Shown piece after piece: positions 58,382-64,000 of a DNA stretch of 64,000 nucleotides (position 1 is its first letter; every line of letters begins with the position of its first letter). The stretch lies in the NCBI GenBank assembly GCA_963707915.1, contig OY970178.1, positions 768,001 to 832,000 of the forward strand. Reading direction: 5' to 3'. This DNA comes from Candidatus Eiseniibacteriota bacterium (lineage in GTDB: Bacteria > Eisenbacteria > RBG-16-71-46). A program made the translations under genes and the position numbers. The notes beneath the pieces were generated by a model. That model was not told where the DNA came from and made no database searches. It was given only the letters and a program-made list of their open reading frames with translations.

Positions 58382-59446
58382 ATGCCGGACATCCCACCCG
58401 TGACCCCCGATCCCGATCCGGAAGCGTCCGGCCTCCGTGGCTTCCCGGCCGCCGGCGACCACGCCGTGCGCGAGATGGCGGGCATGTTCGACCACGTCTC
58501 CGGCCGCTACGACCTGCTCAACTCGATCATGACGCTCGGGCAGGACCGCGCCTGGCGGGCCGCCCTGGCGCGCGCCGTCCCGGACTCCGCGCGCGTCGTG
58601 CTCGACCTGTGCACCGGCAGCGGCGTCTCGCTCGAAGGGCTGCGGCGCCCCGGCCGCGTCCTGCTGGGCGTGGACGCCAGCCTGCGCATGCTCGAGCTCG
58701 CCGCGGACGAGCACGGCCCGTGGGGCTGGGCCCCGCGCCTGGCTTGCGCCGACGCCTTCCGCCTGCCGTTCCGCGACGACGCGCTGGACGCCGTCACCAT
58801 CGCCTTCGGCATGCGCAACCTGCGTCCCCGGCCGGGAGCGCTGGCCGAGCTGGCCCGCGTGCTGGCGCCGGGCGGCACGCTGGTCGTGCTCGAGGCCACC
58901 GCGCCGCGCCCCGGCGTGCTCGCGCCCTTCCACCGGTTCTACGCGCGACGGATCATCCCGCTGCTGGGGCGCCTGTCGTCCGACCCGGTGGCGTACCGCT
59001 ACCTGAGCGGGTCGATCTTCGAGTTCGGCACGGGGGAGGAGTTCGAGCGCGACCTCGCGGCGGCCGGCTTCGGGATCGCCACGCGACGGGCGTACATGTT
59101 CGGTGCGGCCCGCCTGTGGGCCGCACAGAGACTGGCCGGGGCATCGGACGCGGCGTTGCGAATTGCCCGGTTCCCGGGCCCGGGCTCGGGCGATTTCGCG
59201 CAGGCCAGGCGTCTCCGGGCACTCGAGTGGCGCTGGTGGACGGTCACCCGCGCCGCCGTCTCGGCCGCCCTGACCGGGAGCCTGGTGTGGGCCCTGTTCA
59301 CATGGGTCAAGTGGCGCCCGCTGATGAACTTGGAGCCGTGGCAGGACCGCGCGCTCTGGGTCCTGATCCTCGCCGGCCTGGCGGGGTTCGGGATCCGCAC
59401 TCTCGCACTGGTGTTGCGATTGCTCGGCCCGCCCCCGACCGGCTGA
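58382..59446 (+). CDS. UbiE/MenG-family methyltransferase with a C-terminal membrane extension
   Basis: MFDHVSGRYDLLN, VLDLCTGSG, AFGMRN, ARVLAPGG, AYRYL. Two hydrophobic helices at the C-terminus. Confidence 0.88.
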   Translation: MPDIPPVTPDPDPEASGLRGFPAAGDHAVREMAGMFDHVSGRYDLLNSIMTLGQDRAWRAALARAVPDSARVVLDLCTGSGVSLEGLRRPGRVLLGVDASLRMLELAADEHGPWGWAPRLACADAFRLPFRDDALDAVTIAFGMRNLRPRPGALAELARVLAPGGTLVVLEATAPRPGVLAPFHRFYARRIIPLLGRLSSDPVAYRYLSGSIFEFGTGEEFERDLAAAGFGIATRRAYMFGAARLWAAQRLAGASDAALRIARFPGPGSGDFAQARRLRALEWRWWTVTRAAVSAALTGSLVWALFTWVKWRPLMNLEPWQDRALWVLILAGLAGFGIRTLALVLRLLGPPPTG

Positions 59447-59617
59447 CCCGACCGGCGTGGTGGCACACGCGTTGCGTGGTTTCAGCGGATTCTGACCCAA
59501 TCGTGGAGGCCAGGCAGTCCCGGCCTCCGGACCCGTGTGTGGGGAAAACCGCGCGGCAGCGGAGGCGCGGGCACCACGGGCGGGGATCACGAATCGGCCC
59601 ACGGCCCGGGAGCCCCG

Positions 59618-60646
59618 ATGGTGTCGCGAGAGAAAGCCCTCGAAGAACTGCTCGGTCTCACGGGCAGGCCGGGGCCGAGCACGCGCGCCGAACTGCTCCA
59701 GCGCGTCCTCGAGACCACGCTCAGCCTGGTCGAGGCCGACGGTGCGACGCTGGTCGCACCCCACCAGGGCCGTCTCGAGCGCCTGGCGGCCACGCCGGAG
59801 CACTGCGACCTGCCGCCGCAGGAGGCCCCCCGGCGCGGCAGCGAGTTCACCCGCCTGCTGGTGCACGTCAGCCGGCCGCTGTGCATCCCCGACCTGGCCG
59901 CCGACTCGCGCGTCGAGGAGAGCGACGCCTGCCCCGAGGTGGATGCGGGCCCGGCCCTGATGGTGCCGATGCGGCGCCGCGAGCACGCGTCCGGCTACCT
60001 GGCGGCGTTCCGCTCGCGCGGCGCCCCGGTCTTCACCGCCGCCGACGCGCGCCAGCTCTCGCTGCTCGCCGCGTGGACCGCGATGGGGCTCGAGAACCTG
60101 CGGCTCTGCGAGAGCGTCGAGAAGCTGGCCGTCACCGACGACCTGACGCAGGTCTACAACTACCGCTTCCTCAAGATGGCGCTGAAGCGCGAGCTCAAGC
60201 GCTCGATGCGCTTCGGGCAGGAACTCGGGCTCGTCATGCTCGACGTCGACAACCTGAAGGGCTACAACGACCGCAACGGGCACCTGCGGGGGTCCTACCT
60301 GCTGCGCGAGATGGCGGCGTTGCTCGCCCGGCAGGTCCGCTCCTTCGATCTCATCGCCAAGTACGGCGGCGACGAGTTCACGCTCATCCTGCCGCAGACC
60401 GGCATCGACGGGGCGATGGTGGTCGCCGAGCGCATGCGCCGCGCGGTCGAGGAGCACGCCTTCCCGCTGGAGGACGCCGGGGTCATCACCATCAGCCTGG
60501 GGGTCGCGATCGCGCCACACGACGCGGAGGACGGCCAGACTCTCCTGCGGATGGCCGACCAGGCCCTCTACGTGGCGAAGCGGCAGGGCAGGAACCGGGT
60601 GCTGACCTACCGGAACGTGACGGACCAGGCAGGCACGCTTCGTTGA
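59618..60646 (+). CDS. GAF-GGDEF diguanylate cyclase
   Basis: TDDLTQVYN, DVDNLKGYND..GH, I-site RSFD, YGGDEF, ADQALYVAK. Confidence 0.94.
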   Translation: MVSREKALEELLGLTGRPGPSTRAELLQRVLETTLSLVEADGATLVAPHQGRLERLAATPEHCDLPPQEAPRRGSEFTRLLVHVSRPLCIPDLAADSRVEESDACPEVDAGPALMVPMRRREHASGYLAAFRSRGAPVFTAADARQLSLLAAWTAMGLENLRLCESVEKLAVTDDLTQVYNYRFLKMALKRELKRSMRFGQELGLVMLDVDNLKGYNDRNGHLRGSYLLREMAALLARQVRSFDLIAKYGGDEFTLILPQTGIDGAMVVAERMRRAVEEHAFPLEDAGVITISLGVAIAPHDAEDGQTLLRMADQALYVAKRQGRNRVLTYRNVTDQAGTLR

Positions 60647-60824
60647 CCCTCCGGAGCAGGAGTCGGTAGACTGCCACCGGCCATGTCTGGATGGCACGGA
60701 TGCACCCGGGCGCGATGGGCCCGGCTCCAGGATCGAGAGGCAGGAACCCGATGGCGGACAGCGTCGGCATCGCGGCGGCGGACGGCACACCCGTTCGCCC
60801 GGCCCCGGCCGGGCAGGAGGCAAC

Positions 60825-61583
60825 ATGACCAGCGTCGTCCACCCGAGCGCCACGCTCGGCGCCGGCACCACGATGGGAGAGGGCTGCGTCATCGGTGCGA
60901 ACGTGCGGCTGGGGACCGGTTGTCGCCTCGCGCACCACGTCGTGATCCACGAGGGCACGGTGATCGGGAACGACGTGCGCATCGACGACCACGCCTCGCT
61001 CGGCAAGCTGCCGATGAGGGCCGCCAACTCCGCCACCACGACGGAGCAGGAACTGGCCCCGCTCCAGCTCGGCGACACCTGCATCGTCGGCACCGGCGTG
61101 GTGCTCTACCGCGGCGCCACGATCGACGCCCGCGTGCTGATCGCGGACCTGGCGACGGTGCGGGAGAACGTCTCGATCGGGCGCGGCACCATCGTGGGAC
61201 GCGGCGTGACGGTCGAGAACGTCTGCACCATCGGCCGCTACTGCAAGCTCGAGAGCGAGTCCTACATCACCGCCCACTCGACGCTCGAGGACCGCGTGTT
61301 CGTCGCTCCGGGCGTGCTGTGCTCGAACGACAACTTCGTCGGGCGCACCGCCGAGCGTTTCAAGCACTTCAAGGGGCTCATCGCGAAGAAGGGCGCGCGC
61401 CTCGGCGTGGGGACCGTCTACCTGCCCGGCGTGACCATCGGCGAGGACGCGATGGTGGCGGCCGGCTCGGTCGTCTCGCGCGACGTCCCGCCGCGCATGA
61501 TCGTCATGGGCCGTCCGGCCAAGCCGTTGCGGCCGGTGCCGGCCGAGCAGCTGCTCGAGAACCAGGGCTGGGTGGATTCCTAG
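60825..61583 (+). CDS. Hexapeptide-repeat sugar N-acyltransferase
   Basis: AGGAGG RBS, left-handed beta-helix repeats, VAAGSVVSRDVP, GRPAK. Confidence 0.92.
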   Translation: MTSVVHPSATLGAGTTMGEGCVIGANVRLGTGCRLAHHVVIHEGTVIGNDVRIDDHASLGKLPMRAANSATTTEQELAPLQLGDTCIVGTGVVLYRGATIDARVLIADLATVRENVSIGRGTIVGRGVTVENVCTIGRYCKLESESYITAHSTLEDRVFVAPGVLCSNDNFVGRTAERFKHFKGLIAKKGARLGVGTVYLPGVTIGEDAMVAAGSVVSRDVPPRMIVMGRPAKPLRPVPAEQLLENQGWVDS

Positions 61584-61638
61584 TCGGACCGACGTCAGAA
61601 AGGACGATGGCATGGGAGGGGAGTTGTCGAAGACCGCG

Positions 61639-62742
61639 ATGAACGTGCCGCTGCTGGACCTCACCGCGCAGTACGCGACCATCCGTGCGGACGTGGACGC
61701 CGCGGTGCGCGCGGTCATGGAGTCCGCGCGCTTCATCGGCGGCCCCGAGGTGAGCGGCCTCGAGCAGGAGGTGGCGCGCTACTCGCAGTGCGCGCACGGC
61801 GTGGGCTGCGCGTCGGGCACCGACGCGCTGCTGCTCGCTCTCTGGGCGCTCGGCGTCGGCCCGGGCGACGAGGTCATCACCTCCGCGTACACGTTCTTCG
61901 CCAGCGCCGGGGTCATCACCAACAACGGCGCCACCCCGGTGTTCGTGGACATCGACCCGCGCACCTACAACCTGGACCCGCTCAAGCTCGAGGCCGCGTT
62001 CACGCCGCGCACCAAGGCGGTGATCGCGGTGTCGCTCTACGGCCAGTGCTGCGACGTCCCCGCCATCAAGGCGGTCTGCGACCGGCACCAGGCGTTCCTC
62101 ATCGAGGATGCCGCCCAGTCCATCGGCTCGGAGTGGGAGGGGAAGCGTTCCGGCTCGATGAGCGACTTCGGCGGGTTCTCGTTCTTTCCCTCCAAGAACC
62201 TCGGCGGCGTGGGCGACGGCGGCATGGTGGTCACGCAGAGCGAGGAACTCGCCGAGCGGATCCAGCTGCTGCGCGAGCACGGCTCCAAGCCCAAGTACTT
62301 CCACTCGCTGGTCGGCACCAACTCGCGGCTCGACGCGCTGCAGGCGGCGGTCCTGCGGGTCAAGCTGCGGCACCTCGACCGCTGGAGCGAGGGCCGGGCG
62401 CGCAACGCCGCCCTCTACAACAGCCTGTTCGAGGGCTCGCGCGTGGTGCGGCCCTACCACGACCCGCGCACGCGTCACATCTACAACCAGTACGTGGTCC
62501 GCGTCCCGAAGCGGGACGAGCTGAGGGCGTTCCTGACCGAGCGGACCATCGGCAACGAGGTCTACTACCCGGTGCCGCTCCATCTCCAGAAGTGCTTCGC
62601 CTCCCTCGGCTACAAGGAGGGCGACATGCCCGGCGCGGAAGCCGCCGCGCGGGAGACCATCGCCCTGCCGATCTACCCCGAATTGACGGAGGAGCAGATC
62701 CGCTACGTGGCCGCCGCGGTCCGGGAGTTCGTGGACTCGTAG
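61639..62742 (+). CDS. DegT/DnrJ/EryC1/StrS sugar aminotransferase
   Basis: SGTDAL, EDAAQSIG, SFFPSKNLG..GDGG, NSRLDALQAA, LPIYPEL. Confidence 0.95.
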   Translation: MNVPLLDLTAQYATIRADVDAAVRAVMESARFIGGPEVSGLEQEVARYSQCAHGVGCASGTDALLLALWALGVGPGDEVITSAYTFFASAGVITNNGATPVFVDIDPRTYNLDPLKLEAAFTPRTKAVIAVSLYGQCCDVPAIKAVCDRHQAFLIEDAAQSIGSEWEGKRSGSMSDFGGFSFFPSKNLGGVGDGGMVVTQSEELAERIQLLREHGSKPKYFHSLVGTNSRLDALQAAVLRVKLRHLDRWSEGRARNAALYNSLFEGSRVVRPYHDPRTRHIYNQYVVRVPKRDELRAFLTERTIGNEVYYPVPLHLQKCFASLGYKEGDMPGAEAAARETIALPIYPELTEEQIRYVAAAVREFVDS

Positions 62743-62928
62743 CGACCGATCGAGGTTCTCCGGCGCGTTCCGGCTCCCCGCCCTGAGTGGACGCGACCGG
62801 CCGAAGACCATCTGCCGCACCGGCCGAGCCCCGTGGCCGGCGCGGCGCGCCGGAACGACGGACGCGCGTCGACCGCCCCCCCAGGGCGGGCGGTGGAGCG
62901 CCCGGCGGTCCGGCCGGTCCGGTCATCC

Positions 62929-64000
62929 ATGCCTGAAGACCAGCGCGAGTCCCTGCGCGAGCTGATGCGCCGGGTGGACGAGGTCCGCGGCCTCTCGGGA
63001 CACCCCGAGGGCCGGCTCGCCATCGACCCCGGTGACGCCGGCGCCCTGCGTGGGACGCTCGCCGAGCTCGTCGAGGAGCTCGAGACCAGCCATCGCCGCC
63101 TGATCGAGACCAACGTGCAGCTGGTCTCGCTGCGCGAGGTCGCGAGCCGCATGGTGAACACCGTCGACGCGGGGGAGACCACGCGGACGGTGGCGCGCTA
63201 CCTGACCCGCGCGTTCGGCTTCGAGGAGGTCTTCCTGCTGCTGCTCGACCGCGAGAAGGAGCGCCTGGCCGGCACCTGGATGCGGGACGGGCGCGACCGC
63301 GGCGTGACCCTCGAGCTGCCGGTGCTGGGGGAGCAGGGCGCCATCCCGCGCGCGCTGTGGCTCAACCGCACGGTCGCGCTCCACTCCGCGCAACGCCATC
63401 CCGCGGCCCTGCTGCCCGAGGGGCACCCGCTGCAGGAGACGCTCGCGGACCTCGGGGCGATGGTCATCGTGCCGCTGCAGCGCAGCCGCACCCTGGGGAC
63501 GGGCGAGCCGAACCGCGAGCCGTGCGACGGGCGCTGCATCGTCGGCGACGCCGCCCTGCTCGCCCCGCCGCCCGGCGCCGAAGCCGCGACCTGGGCCGCC
63601 GACCGCGAACAGCGCCAGCGCCGCTGTCTCCACTGCGACTCGCTGCCGCTGCTCGGCGTGCTCGGCGTGGCGCGCCCCGGGCACGGGCACGCCGGGGGCC
63701 CCGCCGGGCCGTTCCAGGCGTCCGACGTCACCATGCTCGAGTCCATCGCGCTCTCCATCGCCCCGATGGTCGAGAACGCCAGCCTCACCCACGAGCTGCG
63801 CCGCAGCGAACGCTTCCGCGAGCACGTGCTGGACAGCATGGCCGGCGCGCTGGTCGCGGTGGACCTGCGCGGCGCGGTGCTCACCTTCAACCACGCGGCC
63901 GCGGAGCTGCTCGGCTTTCGCGAGGCCGACGTGCTGGGCCACCCCTTCGGCGAACTGGTGGGGGTGGACGGCGACGCCGCGCTCCAGTCCACGCTGGAGC
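62929..64000 (+). CDS. GAF/PAS sensor protein, probably a histidine kinase, truncated by the window end
   Basis: Open frame from ATG 62929 (MPEDQRESLREL), absent from the ORF track because it has no stop. Coiled coil, GAF ending MVENASL, PAS start HVLDSMAGALVAVD..G.VLTFNHAA. Confidence 0.85.
   Translation, partial: MPEDQRESLRELMRRVDEVRGLSGHPEGRLAIDPGDAGALRGTLAELVEELETSHRRLIETNVQLVSLREVASRMVNTVDAGETTRTVARYLTRAFGFEEVFLLLLDREKERLAGTWMRDGRDRGVTLELPVLGEQGAIPRALWLNRTVALHSAQRHPAALLPEGHPLQETLADLGAMVIVPLQRSRTLGTGEPNREPCDGRCIVGDAALLAPPPGAEAATWAADREQRQRRCLHCDSLPLLGVLGVARPGHGHAGGPAGPFQASDVTMLESIALSIAPMVENASLTHELRRSERFREHVLDSMAGALVAVDLRGAVLTFNHAAAELLGFREADVLGHPFGELVGVDGDAALQSTLE

Overview
High-GC bacterial chromosome window. 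The secreted-protein C-terminal motifs and gene order suggest Candidatus Eisenbacteria or a related FCB-type lineage (inference only). 1-4 kb: kaiC-kaiB-PAS hybrid kinase locus with many single-base frameshifts, probably read errors. 4.2-9.8 kb: small integrase-less island bounded by a 5'-half copy of tRNA-Arg(CCT) and the intact tRNA. An IS110/IS1111 element sits exactly in the anticodon loop of the half copy, and its 3' non-coding end carries guide-like matches to that target (candidate bridge RNA). 10-31 kb: metabolic and secreted-protein genes (DUF2891, aminotransferase-transketolase, GH144-like, DUF4384-caspase cluster, Zn-PLC-like, GH31, metX-hom fusion). 31-64 kb: mostly core genes: aroC, aroF, tRNA-Val, thrS, infC-rpmI-rplT-pheST, zapBA, 6S RNA, rny, ymdB-folD fusion, xseAB, ispA, dxs, nadK, recN, trpEGD, tRNA-Arg(CCG), menG-like, GGDEF, sugar-nucleotide genes and a partial GAF/PAS sensor. 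Strongest oddities: the tRNA-anticodon-targeting IS1111 guide RNA, TrpE/TrpG homologues that have lost their catalytic residues next to an intact TrpD, a shared C-terminal WGxIKAxYR motif on unrelated secreted proteins, and the YmdB-FolD fusion. All family calls are from motif recognition by eye, not database searches.
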